The translations under genes were made by a program, and so were the position numbers. DNA of 28,000 bases from Candidatus Proendomicrobium guianensium. Its GTDB lineage: Bacteria > Elusimicrobiota > Endomicrobiia > Endomicrobiales > Endomicrobiaceae. Below are positions 8,345 to 17,907 of this stretch, in pieces. Numbering within the stretch: position 1 is the stretch's first letter; each line of letters begins with the position of its first letter. The notes beneath the pieces were generated by a model. That model did no database searches, was not told the origin of the DNA, and was given only the letters and a program-made list of their open reading frames with translations. The stretch is taken from the NCBI GenBank assembly GCA_009785775.1, contig WQVR01000001.1, forward strand, positions 1-28,000. Reading direction: 5' to 3'.

Positions 8345-9550
8345 ATGATTAAACCTATATACTCTAAAGGTAAAATAGTCGCAAAAACCGGCAATGAAGC
8401 CATGGCTGAAGCAATGCGCCAGATAGAACCGGATGTTGTGGCGGCATACCCCATAACCCCTGCAACTGAAATCGTGCAAATATTTTCGCAGTTTGTTTCA
8501 GACGGTATTGTTAAAAGCGAATATGTGGCTGTTGAAAGTGAACATTCCGCTATGAGCGCCGCAATAGGCGCTTCTGCCGCCGGCGCGCGTGCAATGACGG
8601 GTACCGCAGCGCAAGGGCTTGCCCTTATGTGGGAAATGCTTTACATTGCCTCAGGCCTAAGGCTTCCCATAGTAATGGCGGAAGTTAACAGGGCGCTTTC
8701 AGCCCCTATCAATATTCACGGCGACCAATCAGACACTATGGGCGCGCGTGACTCGGGCTGGATACAAATATATTCCGAAAACTCCCAAGAAGCTTATGAT
8801 AATATGATTCAAGCTGTGCGTATTGCCGAAAAGTGCATGTTGCCCGCAATGGTAACCACAGACGGCTTTATTATTTCGCACTGCATGGAAGTTGTTGAAA
8901 CCTACCCAGACAAAGACGTAAAAAAGTTTGTAGGCCAATATAAACCCCAAAGAGCTTTACTAAATACAAAAAAGCCTTACACTTTAGGTTCTATCGAACT
9001 TCAAGACTATTACTTCGAACACCGTTGGCAGCTTGCCGAAGCCATGAACAAAGCGCAAGATGTTGTGCTTGATGTGGCAAAAGATTTTGCAAAAACTTTC
9101 GGACGCAAGTACGGAATGTATGAAAAATACAAAATGGACGGCGCCGAAATTGCCATAGTAGTTATCGGTTCTACCGCAGGTACTGCTAAAGTTGTTATAG
9201 ACGAACTTCGCAAAAAAGGCATCAAAGCGGGCATGATAAAAATAAGAGTATTCCGCCCGTTTCCTGCCGCAATGATTGCTAAAGACCTTGCCAAAGTTAA
9301 AGCCGTTGCCATTATGGACAGGGCAGACAGCTGCGCAGGCACTTTCGCGCCGTTGTATACAGACGTAGCCGCAGCCCTATTTGCGCATAACGAAGGCAAA
9401 ATGCCAAAAATGGAAAACTATGTTTACGGTCTTGGCGGAAGAGAAATCGCGCCCGAGCATATCACTGCTGTGTATGACAAACTTGCAAAAATTGCAAAAG
9501 GCAAAGCAAAACCGTCAAACAAAGTTGAATACATAAACTTAAGAAAATAA
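8345..9550 (+). CDS. porA: Pyruvate/2-oxoacid:ferredoxin oxidoreductase alpha subunit
   Basis: TGNEAMA, AAYPITPAT, VESEHSAMSA, NRALSAPINIHGD, IRVFRPFP, YGLGGRE. Confidence 0.95.
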   Translation: MIKPIYSKGKIVAKTGNEAMAEAMRQIEPDVVAAYPITPATEIVQIFSQFVSDGIVKSEYVAVESEHSAMSAAIGASAAGARAMTGTAAQGLALMWEMLYIASGLRLPIVMAEVNRALSAPINIHGDQSDTMGARDSGWIQIYSENSQEAYDNMIQAVRIAEKCMLPAMVTTDGFIISHCMEVVETYPDKDVKKFVGQYKPQRALLNTKKPYTLGSIELQDYYFEHRWQLAEAMNKAQDVVLDVAKDFAKTFGRKYGMYEKYKMDGAEIAIVVIGSTAGTAKVVIDELRKKGIKAGMIKIRVFRPFPAAMIAKDLAKVKAVAIMDRADSCAGTFAPLYTDVAAALFAHNEGKMPKMENYVYGLGGREIAPEHITAVYDKLAKIAKGKAKPSNKVEYINLRK

Positions 9551-9596
9551 CGGCTAAGCCAAAGTATTATATACTGCAAGTTTTAAGTTTTTAAAA

Positions 9597-9640
9597 ATTT
9601 TAAAAAGGGGCTTAGCCCCTTGAAGGGGTTCAACCCCATG
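9597..9640. repeat. Intergenic composite palindrome (REP/MITE-like), copy 2
   Basis: TTTTAAA-AAGGGGC-TTA-GCCCCTT-GAA-GGGGT-TCA-ACCCC-ATG: two tandem hairpins that align with 18503-18542. Confidence 0.6.
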
Positions 9641-9651
9641 GAGATATAAAA

Positions 9652-10587
9652 ATGGCAAATCTTAAAGAATTAAGTAAAGTACCCGAGCGCCTTGCCGGCG
9701 GACATCGCTTATGCATAGGTTGCGGCGCAGGAACACTTACAAGGCAAACTTTGCTTGCGGCGGGCAATACTCCTGTTGTAGTTACATGCGCAACGGGGTG
9801 CCTTGAGGTTTCAACATCTGTATATCCTTACAGTTCTTGGAAAAAAGATTCGTTTTTTCACAGCGCGTTTGAAAACTCTGCCGCCACAATGAGTGGTATA
9901 GAAGCGGCATATGTAGCGCTTAAAAAAACAGGCAAAATAAAAGAAAAAATTAATTTTATAGCTTTCGGCGGCGACGGCGGCACTTATGACATCGGCTTAC
10001 AGTCGCTTTCCGGCGCTATGGAGCGCGGCCACAGAATGTTATACATTTGCTATAACAACGAAGCTTACATGAACACCGGCATCCAGCGTTCAGCGGCTAC
10101 TCCGCGCGGCGCTACCACCACTACCGAACCCGCAGGTAAAGTAAAGCCCGGTAAAGAACAACACCGCAAAGACATGACAGAAATTATGGTAGCCCATAAC
10201 ATACCTTATGTTGCCCAAGCTGTAGTCGGCGACTGGAATGACTATGTAACCAAAGTACAAAAAGCCCTTTCTATAGACGGTCCTACGTTTATAAATATTA
10301 TGCAACCCTGCCCGCTTGGTTGGGGCACTAAGCCCGAAGACACGTTAGCACTCGGCCGTTTAGCCGTAGACACAAACATTTGGCCTTTATACGAAGTAGA
10401 AAACGGCGTTTACAAAATTAACAAAAAGCCGAAAGAGAAAAAGTCTGTAGTAGAGTTTTTAAAACCGCAGGCAAGGTTTAAACACTTGTTTAACTCTAAC
10501 CCTAAAAACGCTGAAATTATTGAAAGCGTGCAGAAAATTACCGACGCAAAGTGGGAATTGCTTCTTAAAAGAGAAGGCGGAAAATAA
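9652..10587 (+). CDS. porB: Pyruvate/2-oxoacid:ferredoxin oxidoreductase beta subunit (TPP-binding)
   Basis: GHRLCIGCG, CATGCLEV, FENSAA, TPP motif GGDG...YNNEAYMNTGIQRS, PCPLGW; SD GGAG. Confidence 0.95.
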   Translation: MANLKELSKVPERLAGGHRLCIGCGAGTLTRQTLLAAGNTPVVVTCATGCLEVSTSVYPYSSWKKDSFFHSAFENSAATMSGIEAAYVALKKTGKIKEKINFIAFGGDGGTYDIGLQSLSGAMERGHRMLYICYNNEAYMNTGIQRSAATPRGATTTTEPAGKVKPGKEQHRKDMTEIMVAHNIPYVAQAVVGDWNDYVTKVQKALSIDGPTFINIMQPCPLGWGTKPEDTLALGRLAVDTNIWPLYEVENGVYKINKKPKEKKSVVEFLKPQARFKHLFNSNPKNAEIIESVQKITDAKWELLLKREGGK

Positions 10588-10602
10588 TAAAGTACTAAAC
10601 AT

Positions 10603-10642
10603 AAAAAAGCCGCTGTGCGCAAACGCGCACAGCGGCTTTTTT
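10603..10642. terminator. Bidirectional intrinsic terminator between porB and mgtE
   Basis: Perfect palindrome AAAAAAGCCGCTGTGCGC-AAAC-GCGCACAGCGGCTTTTTT between convergent genes. Confidence 0.95.
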
Positions 10643-10666
10643 ATTTAGCGCTGATTATGGTATATT

Positions 10667-12055
10667 CTAACTGATATACGCCCTCAAGAACAGCGTGATA
10701 AGCCCAAAGTAAACTAAAAGTCCGGTGATATCTTTAATACTTGTAATAATTGGTCCGCTTCCTGCGGCTTGGTCCAGCTTAACTTTTATTAAAAAGTAAG
10801 GTACCAGAAAACCGGCTGAGGCAGCAATTAAGCAATTAGCCAAAAGCGCTAAAGATACGGCAAGGGCAAGGTGCCAATTGCCAAGCCACATACCCACGCC
10901 AAAAAAAGCAAAGAAGCCTACAACCGCGCCAATGGAAAGCCCTACCATTGCTTCTTTAAAAAACTGTTTCCAAAAAGCTCCCGCTTTTATATGCCCAAGT
11001 ACAAAACCGCGGGCAAAAATTGTTGTAGATTGCCCTCCAACGCTGCCGCCCATATCTAAAACCAGCGGTATAAAGAATGCAATCATCGTTGCCGATTCTA
11101 AAGCTTCTTCAAACCCTTCCATTATCATGCCCGCTATAAATCCGCCAATTAAAACCAGCATAAGTATAGGTATGCGAATTTTCCAAATAGCCCAAATACC
11201 GCCGTCTATAAGTGTGCTAGAGCGCGTATGCTCTCTTTGTTTTGCGGTATTTATACCAACTGCTTTTAACATATCTTCAGTTGCTTCCTCTTCTAAAATG
11301 TCAACGGCGTCGCCAATAGACACTATACCTACTAAACAATTTTCCTTATCGACCACGGGAACAGCCTTCCAGTCCAGCCTTTGCAAAAGTCTTGCCACTT
11401 CTTCCTGGTCTGTATCGGTTGAAACCCAGGTAGCCACTTTTTGCATAACCTTTTCAATTTTTGCAGAGGGGTCGCTAATCCAAAGGCTGCGCAGGGAAAT
11501 AACGCCTTCGAGCTTTCTTGCGTCATCTGTAATGTAAACGTTGTAAATCATTTCCTTTTCCGTTACGTGCGCCTTAATTTTTTCAAGGGTTTCTGCAACG
11601 GAAGCGTTGCGGTTAATGCTAACGTATTCCGGCGTCATAATACGCCCTGCGGTTTGTGGCGCGTATCCCATAAGAAGGCTTGTCATTTTACGTTCGTCCG
11701 GCGACAAAGCAGACAGCATCTTTCTTACAAATGTAGAAGGCATTTCATCAAACAGGCGCACGCGCTCGTCCGGGTCAAGTTCTGTTATTATTTCAATTGC
11801 AGCGTCATCGGTAAAAGATCGGATAAGCTTTTGCTGATTGCCTGTGTCAAGCCGCTCAAAAACAAACAATGCCTTATCTTTTGGCAGCAAGCGGTAAACA
11901 ATCGCCTGATGTTCATAAGATAAACCTTCTATCATATCAAGCACATCAACATAGTCGGCAATGCTTAGCAAATCTTTTAGCAAGTTTATGTTTTTAGATT
12001 TGATATGCGCTAAAACGGTTGCGCTTAAGTTGGCAATCCTGTTTTCTTTATTCAT
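10667..12055 (-). CDS. mgtE: Magnesium transporter MgtE
   Basis: MgtE-N helical repeats (ELDPDERVRLFDEMP), YAPQTAGRIMTPEY, CBS pair, TM domain with GPIITSIKDITG. The track start TTG 12109 lies inside the leader terminator; ATG 12055 (9 nt after GGAG) or 12061 is more likely. Confidence 0.95.
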   Translation of the reverse strand: MNKENRIANLSATVLAHIKSKNINLLKDLLSIADYVDVLDMIEGLSYEHQAIVYRLLPKDKALFVFERLDTGNQQKLIRSFTDDAAIEIITELDPDERVRLFDEMPSTFVRKMLSALSPDERKMTSLLMGYAPQTAGRIMTPEYVSINRNASVAETLEKIKAHVTEKEMIYNVYITDDARKLEGVISLRSLWISDPSAKIEKVMQKVATWVSTDTDQEEVARLLQRLDWKAVPVVDKENCLVGIVSIGDAVDILEEEATEDMLKAVGINTAKQREHTRSSTLIDGGIWAIWKIRIPILMLVLIGGFIAGMIMEGFEEALESATMIAFFIPLVLDMGGSVGGQSTTIFARGFVLGHIKAGAFWKQFFKEAMVGLSIGAVVGFFAFFGVGMWLGNWHLALAVSLALLANCLIAASAGFLVPYFLIKVKLDQAAGSGPIITSIKDITGLLVYFGLITLFLRAYIS

Positions 12056-12072
12056 TGTCATATACTCCATGC

Positions 12073-12114
12073 AAATAAAAATAACCCTTGCTAAGTTGAA
12101 CCTAGGCAAGGGTT
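12073..12114 (-). terminator. Leader (attenuator) terminator of the M-box riboswitch
   Basis: Minus strand: AACCCTTGC(C)TAGG-TTCAA-CTTAGCAAGGGTT followed by ATTTTTATTT, just before the mgtE SD. Confidence 0.8.
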
Positions 12115-12211
12115 TAGATTAAACATTTATATATACGCGCCCCGTAATATAAGGGTGCTGTTTATACAATATGCGCACGCAAAAAGGCGTGCTGTTAATT
12201 TTAGCCCATTA

Positions 12212-12362
12212 ACCACCGTTCAAGTTTTAGCTTTGTAGGGCGCTGAAGTTGAACTAGATTGCACCTTGTTTTCGGTACCCTCTGATTGCCGGCGCGAAGT
12301 GTCTCCACCCCTTTGCGGCATCAACCCATATCCCTACAGTAGCCTCACCTACCGAGTTTAAT
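12212..12362 (-). ncRNA. M-box (ykoK) Mg2+-sensing riboswitch aptamer
   Basis: Minus strand reads CTCGGT-AGGTGAGGCTACTGTAGGGATA...TGCCGCAAA..GTGGAGACAC...CCGAAAACAAGG...CCCTACAAAGCTAAAACTTGAACG. This matches the hallmark M-box segments (AGGUGAGGCU, P3 CUGUAGGG/CCCUACA, GCUAAA). It lies upstream of mgtE, with its own promoter and terminator. Confidence 0.92.
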
Positions 12363-12371
12363 GTTTCCGCC

Positions 12372-12401
12372 ATTATATACTAATTGTTCATTTTTTGTCA
12401 A
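12372..12401 (-). promoter_or_regulatory. Sigma70-type promoter for the M-box-mgtE transcript
   Basis: TTGACA (12401-12396), 18-nt spacer, TATAAT (12377-12372); both hexamers are perfect consensus. Confidence 0.85.
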
Positions 12402-12531
12402 ATAGTTTGCTTCATTTTTTGGGTTTATGCTTCCTTGGCTTGTGTTTGCGCGGTGTTTTGCTAATTGTACGCCTAACCCAAGCCCTTGTTACCTACTTCG
12501 CAAAATATATGATTATTGAAACTGCAAAAAA

Positions 12532-12540
12532 TGCTAAAAT
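12532..12540 (+). promoter_or_regulatory. Extended -10 element for thiL (probably leaderless)
   Basis: TGcTAAAAT ends 6 nt before ATG 12547; no SD is present. Confidence 0.45.
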
Positions 12541-12546
12541 AAAAAA

Positions 12547-13497
12547 ATGAACGAAGCAGATATTATAAGCTTTATCGGCAATAAGTTTGCGGCAAAAAAT
12601 AAAAATATTATTGTTGGTTTTGGTGACGATACTTTTTGCTTCAAATCCGGCGGCAAAGTGCTGGCTGTTACTAAAGACATGCTTGTAGAAAACACACATT
12701 TTAAAACCGCTTGGAGCACTCCGTTTGAAATCGGCTATAAAGCAGTAAATGTCAATATAAGTGATTTAGCTTCCATGGGGAGCGTAATGCCCCTTTATAT
12801 ATTGGTTGGGTTAGGTATTCCAAAAAATACAAAGCAGTCTTATATTAAAGGTATTGCTACAGGTATACAAAAAGCATGTAAGGAGTACGGTTGTATTGTT
12901 GCGGGCGGCGATACCGTGCGTGCCGAAAAAATTACAATATCAGTTACGGCTGTGGGAGAATGTTTGAGCAGTCCCATTACAAGGCGCGGCGCAAAAGCGG
13001 GCGATTTGATTTTTGTTACAGGCACTCTTGGCGACAGCGCAGCCGGCTTACAACTGCTTCAAGATAATAAAAAAAGCGGACATAAATATCTTTTATCCCG
13101 CCACAAAGCGCCTAAGGCGCGTTTAAAAGAAGGCGCGGCAATAGCAAAATGTAATCCATCGGCAATGATGGACATTTCGGATGGTTTGCATGAAAGTTTA
13201 AAAATTATGTCAGCTACAAATAATTTGGGGTTTTCTATAACAGCCGAACGTCTGCCGTTGTCAAAGGAATTTTTAAAATATTGTAAAATAAATAAGATTG
13301 ACCCTTATGCCCTTGCGATTTCAGGCGGGGAAGATTTTGAACTGCTTTTTACCATAAGCAAAGCCAATGCCAAGCCTTTGCAGGCGGCAATAAAAGGGAT
13401 AACTTGTATAGGTGAAGTTATAAAAGATGAAGATATCAGGTATTTATTTAATGGCAAAGAAACAAAAGTTAAACACACTGGTTTTAACCACTTCTAA
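12547..13497 (+). CDS. thiL: Thiamine-monophosphate kinase
   Basis: MNEADII, GFGDDT, DMLVENTHF, KAVNVNISDLASMG, GGDT, AMMDISDGL, GGEDFELLFT. Confidence 0.95.
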   Translation: MNEADIISFIGNKFAAKNKNIIVGFGDDTFCFKSGGKVLAVTKDMLVENTHFKTAWSTPFEIGYKAVNVNISDLASMGSVMPLYILVGLGIPKNTKQSYIKGIATGIQKACKEYGCIVAGGDTVRAEKITISVTAVGECLSSPITRRGAKAGDLIFVTGTLGDSAAGLQLLQDNKKSGHKYLLSRHKAPKARLKEGAAIAKCNPSAMMDISDGLHESLKIMSATNNLGFSITAERLPLSKEFLKYCKINKIDPYALAISGGEDFELLFTISKANAKPLQAAIKGITCIGEVIKDEDIRYLFNGKETKVKHTGFNHF

Positions 13498-13897
13498 TGC
13501 TGAAGAAACACGCACGGCGGGCGCCGAATTTTCAAAACTCTTAAAACCCGGCGACATAGTTTTTTTAAAAGGCAACTTAGGCTATGGCAAAACGACTTTT
13601 GTGCAGGGCGTTTTGCGGGGTTTGGGGTATAAAAAATTTGCGCGCAGTTCCAGTTTTAACTTAGTAAGCGAATATAATTTTAACAAGTTTAAACTGTATC
13701 ATTTAGACTTATACCGCCTTGACGCTTCAGACGTTTGGAAACTTGGCATTGAAGAATATTTATTTTCAGAAAATATAACGCTGATAGAATGGGCAGACAG
13801 AATAAAAGCGGCTGAGCCGCTGCATACTTGGCTTGTTGAAATTAAAGGGGGCGGCTCTAGCCGCGAAATTAAAATTACAAAGGTTGGGCAGATATGA
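13451..13897 (+). CDS. tsaE: tRNA t6A biosynthesis ATPase TsaE
   Basis: LKGNLGYGKTTFV, SSFNLVSEY, YHLDLYRL, LIEWADR. The start is uncertain; ATG 13451 overlaps the thiL end. Confidence 0.92.
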   Translation: MAKKQKLNTLVLTTSNAEETRTAGAEFSKLLKPGDIVFLKGNLGYGKTTFVQGVLRGLGYKKFARSSSFNLVSEYNFNKFKLYHLDLYRLDASDVWKLGIEEYLFSENITLIEWADRIKAAEPLHTWLVEIKGGGSSREIKITKVGQI

Positions 13898-14586
13898 ACA
13901 TTTTGGCAATGGAAACTTCGGGCAAAACTTTTAGCGTTGCGGTTTTTTCAGAAGGCACCGTAAAGGGAGAAGTTTTTTTAAATACGGGAAACACGCACTC
14001 GGAAACGCTGCTTCCCGCCGCTCAAAATCTTTTAAAAAACTTAAACTTGAGCCTTGCAGGCATAGACAAGTTTGCTGTATGCTCGGGTCCCGGAAGTTTT
14101 ACGGGTATACGCATAGCTATGACCGCCGCAAAAGTTTTTGCCCAAAGCCTTGATAAACCACTGGTAAGTATAGACTCTTTAACTTTGCTTGAACATGCTG
14201 TGCCAGTGATTAAAAATATCAAAGTAGTTGCCGCAATAGACGCTCTGCGTGACGAAGTTTACACAAAAACATCTAAAGGCATTGTAATTAAAAATATAAA
14301 TAAATTTGTGCAGGAATTATCAAAATACAAAGGTAAAGTTTTAATTGCAGGTAATGCTGCGCTAAAGTACAGAGAAGTTATTAAAAAGGGGCTTAGCGCC
14401 TTTTCAGTTTCATTAGATGAAAATTTCCACTATCCCAAAGCTTCCGTTCTTGCTTGCCTTGCAAGCACGCAAAAAGGCGTAAGCTTTGACAAGGCAGAGC
14501 CTTTATACCTGCGACGTTCATGGGCGGAAGAGGTTACGCCTAGGGCGAATAAAAAGGTTAAACTTAACAGTAAACGGAAAAAATAA
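13894..14586 (+). CDS. tsaB: tRNA t6A biosynthesis protein TsaB
   Basis: MNILAMETS, HSETLLP, GPGSFTGIRI, IDALRDEVY, AEPLYLR; ATGA overlap with tsaE. Confidence 0.93.
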   Translation: MNILAMETSGKTFSVAVFSEGTVKGEVFLNTGNTHSETLLPAAQNLLKNLNLSLAGIDKFAVCSGPGSFTGIRIAMTAAKVFAQSLDKPLVSIDSLTLLEHAVPVIKNIKVVAAIDALRDEVYTKTSKGIVIKNINKFVQELSKYKGKVLIAGNAALKYREVIKKGLSAFSVSLDENFHYPKASVLACLASTQKGVSFDKAEPLYLRRSWAEEVTPRANKKVKLNSKRKK

Positions 14587-14633
14587 AATTTAGTATAATT
14601 TAAAAATAAATTTAATTTAGGAGACAGTTTTTT

Positions 14634-14924
14634 ATGACAGGCGAAGAACTAAAAAAACTTGGAATTTTGGCGAAAATAGAAATTAAAGACGCCGAAGTTG
14701 AAAGCTATTTGAAAAAATTAAATTCAGAAATTGCTATTGCAAACGCCATAAGCGAGTTAGATACAAACGGTATTAACCCCACAACGCATGTAAGCGAACT
14801 GCGCAATGTTTGGCGCGATGACATTGTTAAACCTGCAAGCAAAGAAACTTTTGATGAAATGATGAAAGTTGCTCCTGAAACAGAAGGCACTTTTTATAAA
14901 GTCGAAAAAATATTAGAGGCTTAA
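14634..14924 (+). CDS. gatC: Asp-tRNA(Asn)/Glu-tRNA(Gln) amidotransferase subunit C
   Basis: 96 aa; ELDTNGINPT, WRDD, APE...FYKVEKI; SD AGGAG; precedes gatA. Confidence 0.88.
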   Translation: MTGEELKKLGILAKIEIKDAEVESYLKKLNSEIAIANAISELDTNGINPTTHVSELRNVWRDDIVKPASKETFDEMMKVAPETEGTFYKVEKILEA

Positions 14925-14929
14925 ACGCA

Positions 14930-16375
14930 ATGAAAGATATAGATATATTAAAATTAACAGCTGTTGAGCTTAGCGCAAAAATTTGCTCCGGCGAGATTTC
15001 AAACGACAAAGTTACGCAAACTTGCTTAAATCATATTAAGGAAGTTGAACCTAAAATTAAAGCTTATCAGCTTGTACTTGAAAATGGCGCGCTTGCTCAG
15101 CCTAAAGTATCAGGTGAGAAATGTTCGTCTCTGGCAGGCGTACCTATAGCAATTAAAGATAATATAATGATAAAAAATCACCCTGTGACTGCGTGCTCTA
15201 AAATGCTGGAAAACTATATTGCCCCTTATAACGCAACTGTTATAGAAAAACTTAAAAATGCGGGAACCTTGCTTATAGGCAAAACCAATATGGACGAACT
15301 TGCCATGGGCTCGTCTACTGAAACTTCTGCTTTTATGCGTACCAATAATCCTTGGGATTTAAGTTTGATACCCGGCGGCTCATCAGGCGGTAGTGCGGCG
15401 GCAGTGGCGGCGTTTACCGTACCGCTTGCCCTTGGTACAGATACAGGCGGCTCTATACGCCAGCCCGCGGCATTTTGCGGTGTGGTGGGCTTTAAGCCTT
15501 CTTACGGGCTTGTATCGCGTTTTGGCGCGGTTGCATTGGCTTCTTCTCTCGACCAGATAGGCACGTTTTCCCGCACGGTAAAAGATACTGCTGTTTTGTT
15601 TGACATTATAGCAGGCGCAGACTATAAAGATCCCATGTGCGAGCCGCTTGAAAATCCAAGCTTTTCACAAGGGTTAGATGAAGCAAATTTTAAAGGTTTA
15701 AAAGTGGGCGTGTTTAAAGATGTTGATTATATAAAACTAGACCCTGAAATAAAAAAAGCCTACAAAGAAAATATACAAAAAATTAAAGATTCAGGCGCAG
15801 AAATTGTAGAACTTGAAATACCGTCGTATCAATATATTCCCGCAATTTATAAAATAATCATGTGTGCGGAAGCTTCTGCAAACTTGGCTAAGTTTGACGG
15901 CATACGTTACGGTTATCGCGCTAAAAATGTGCGTAACCTTACAGAGATTTTTGAAAAGTCGCGCGGTGAAGCTTTAGGGCGTGAAGTAAAAGAGCGTATA
16001 TTGTTTGGCACATTTGTGCTTAGCGCAAAAAATTATCATAACTATTTTGATAAAGCGCAAAGGGCGCGTACTGTTTTAATTAACGAAACCAAAGAAGCTT
16101 TTAAAAAGTGCAACGTGCTTTTTACGCCTACCACAACACAAATGCCCACAAGGTCAGGTGCGGAGCTTTCAGAGTATTGCGATGTGTTTTCTACAGCTTC
16201 TAACCTTACGGGCGCGTCTGGAATATCGGTTCCTGCGGGGCTTTTAGGCGGCGTTCCCGTTGGTATGCACTTTAGCGCCCCTCGCCTAAAAGACGCAGAC
16301 GCTTTAAAAGCGGCGGCGGCATTTGAAAAAATTTCAGGCTGGGACAGTTCAAAACTCCCAAGCGCCTTAGGATAA
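14930..16375 (+). CDS. gatA: Asp-tRNA(Asn)/Glu-tRNA(Gln) amidotransferase subunit A
   Basis: [20 protein letters not shown], amidase signature [46 protein letters not shown]. Confidence 0.96.
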   Translation: MKDIDILKLTAVELSAKICSGEISNDKVTQTCLNHIKEVEPKIKAYQLVLENGALAQPKVSGEKCSSLAGVPIAIKDNIMIKNHPVTACSKMLENYIAPYNATVIEKLKNAGTLLIGKTNMDELAMGSSTETSAFMRTNNPWDLSLIPGGSSGGSAAAVAAFTVPLALGTDTGGSIRQPAAFCGVVGFKPSYGLVSRFGAVALASSLDQIGTFSRTVKDTAVLFDIIAGADYKDPMCEPLENPSFSQGLDEANFKGLKVGVFKDVDYIKLDPEIKKAYKENIQKIKDSGAEIVELEIPSYQYIPAIYKIIMCAEASANLAKFDGIRYGYRAKNVRNLTEIFEKSRGEALGREVKERILFGTFVLSAKNYHNYFDKAQRARTVLINETKEAFKKCNVLFTPTTTQMPTRSGAELSEYCDVFSTASNLTGASGISVPAGLLGGVPVGMHFSAPRLKDADALKAAAAFEKISGWDSSKLPSALG

Positions 16376-16380
16376 AAAAT

Positions 16381-17838
16381 ATGACAATAACTTATGAAAC
16401 AGTAATAGGGCTTGAAGTACACGCGCAAATTAATACAAAAAGCAAAGTGTTTTGCGAGTGTTCAACAGAGTTTGGCGCAGAGCCTAATGCAAACACCTGC
16501 CATATATGCACAGCACAACCGGGCGCGTTGCCAATACTTAACAAAGCGGCAGTTGAAGCTGTTGTGCGCACGGGGCTTGCACTAAACTTTACAATTAACT
16601 CCGTTTGCATGTTTTCAAGAAAGCAATATTTTTACCCTGATATTTCAAAAAATTATCAGATAACGCAATTTGAGCCGCCTTTATGTTCAAAAGGCAGGCT
16701 TGATATAATTTCAGACGGCAAAACAAAAAACATAAATATTACCCGCATACATTTAGAAGAAGACGCCGGCAAACTTGTCCATGACATCGGCGCGTGCAAA
16801 CTTGACTATTCGCTTGTAGACTTAAACCGCGCGGGTATCGGGCTTATGGAAATAGTGTCTGAACCAGAAATGAACTCTCCCGAAGAAGCCTACCAGTATT
16901 TAAGCGAACTTAAAAACGCGCTTGAATATTTAGGCACTTGTGAATGTTCCATGGAAGAGGGGCGTTTGAGGTGTGATGCTAATGTCAGTATACGCCCTGC
17001 GGGTCAAAAAGAATTCGGCACGCGCGTTGAAATAAAAAATATGAATTCGCTGTCTGGCGTGCGTGAAGCAATAACTTATGAGGTTGAGCGCCAAAAAGAA
17101 ATTTTAAACTCGGGTGGTACGCTCGTTCAGGAAACGCGCTTGTGGGATACTGAAGAGCGCGTAACAAAATCCATGCGCTCAAAAGAATCGGCAGCAGATT
17201 ACCGCTATTTCCCCGAGCCAGACCTTGCCCCTTTTAATTTAAGCCAAAATTTTATAGATGATATTGCAAAAACTCTGCCTGAACTGCCGCAAGCAAAGAA
17301 ACTTCGTTTTATTACGGATTTAGGCTTATCGGATTATGACGCACAAGTTCTTACCGCTTCTAAGCCTGTTTCAGATTTTTACGAAACGGCATTGTCAGGT
17401 ACCGGCATACAGGCGGATAAGGTTGCCAAACCCGTAGCTAATTGGGTTACTACCGAACTTTTGGGTAAGCTTAATGCCGCGGGGCTTGAAATACAGGCTT
17501 CGCCTGTCGCGCCTGAAAACTTAGGCAAACTTGTGGGTTTGGTAGTAAACGGTACAATTTCGGGTAAAATTGCAAAAGGCGTTTTTGAAGAAATGTTTAC
17601 AAGCGGGAAATGTCCTGAAGTTATAATAAAAGAAAAAGGGCTTGTGCAAATTTCAGATGAGGGCGCTATTGCCGAACTTTGCAAACAAGCTATTGAAAGC
17701 ATGCCCAAAGCAGTAGAACAATATAAAGCAGGCAAAACTGCCGCGATAGGCGCTATTGTAGGTGCTGTAATGAAACTGTCTAAAGGTCAAGCCAATCCGC
17801 AGGCTGTGAATAAAATTTTAGCGGACTTGCTTAAGTAA
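16381..17838 (+). CDS. gatB: Asp-tRNA(Asn)/Glu-tRNA(Gln) amidotransferase subunit B
   Basis: [59 protein letters not shown], YqeY-like C-terminus. Confidence 0.98.
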   Translation: MTITYETVIGLEVHAQINTKSKVFCECSTEFGAEPNANTCHICTAQPGALPILNKAAVEAVVRTGLALNFTINSVCMFSRKQYFYPDISKNYQITQFEPPLCSKGRLDIISDGKTKNINITRIHLEEDAGKLVHDIGACKLDYSLVDLNRAGIGLMEIVSEPEMNSPEEAYQYLSELKNALEYLGTCECSMEEGRLRCDANVSIRPAGQKEFGTRVEIKNMNSLSGVREAITYEVERQKEILNSGGTLVQETRLWDTEERVTKSMRSKESAADYRYFPEPDLAPFNLSQNFIDDIAKTLPELPQAKKLRFITDLGLSDYDAQVLTASKPVSDFYETALSGTGIQADKVAKPVANWVTTELLGKLNAAGLEIQASPVAPENLGKLVGLVVNGTISGKIAKGVFEEMFTSGKCPEVIIKEKGLVQISDEGAIAELCKQAIESMPKAVEQYKAGKTAAIGAIVGAVMKLSKGQANPQAVNKILADLLK

Positions 17839-17865
17839 CTTTGTCTTTTTAGTTTTAGGTTTTTT

Positions 17866-17899
17866 GCCGGCGGCGCTTGAGCTCCGCCGGCTTTATTTT
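17866..17899 (+). terminator. Intrinsic terminator after gatB
   Basis: GCCGGCGG.GC-TTGA-GC.CCGCCGGC followed by TTTATTTT. Confidence 0.8.
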
Positions 17900-17907
17900 G
17901 GCTGGGT

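Noticed and set aside
10878-11537. 219-aa + strand ORF (and similar 60-136 aa ORFs at 7806, 9010, 16042, 17379, 24283, 24712, etc.)
   Set aside because: These lie antisense to or nested in well-supported genes, lack RBS or motifs, and have the composition typical of shadow ORFs.
12062-12109. ORF-track N-terminal extension of MgtE from TTG 12109
   Set aside because: The TTG lies inside the leader terminator hairpin; an SD-supported ATG is downstream.
12152-12179. dif-like site: minus strand CGTGCGCATAT-TGTATA resembles the E. coli XerC arm and spacer
   Set aside because: The normally best-conserved XerD arm matches only 2/11, and the sequence lies in the transcribed M-box expression platform, where it is explained by RNA hairpins.
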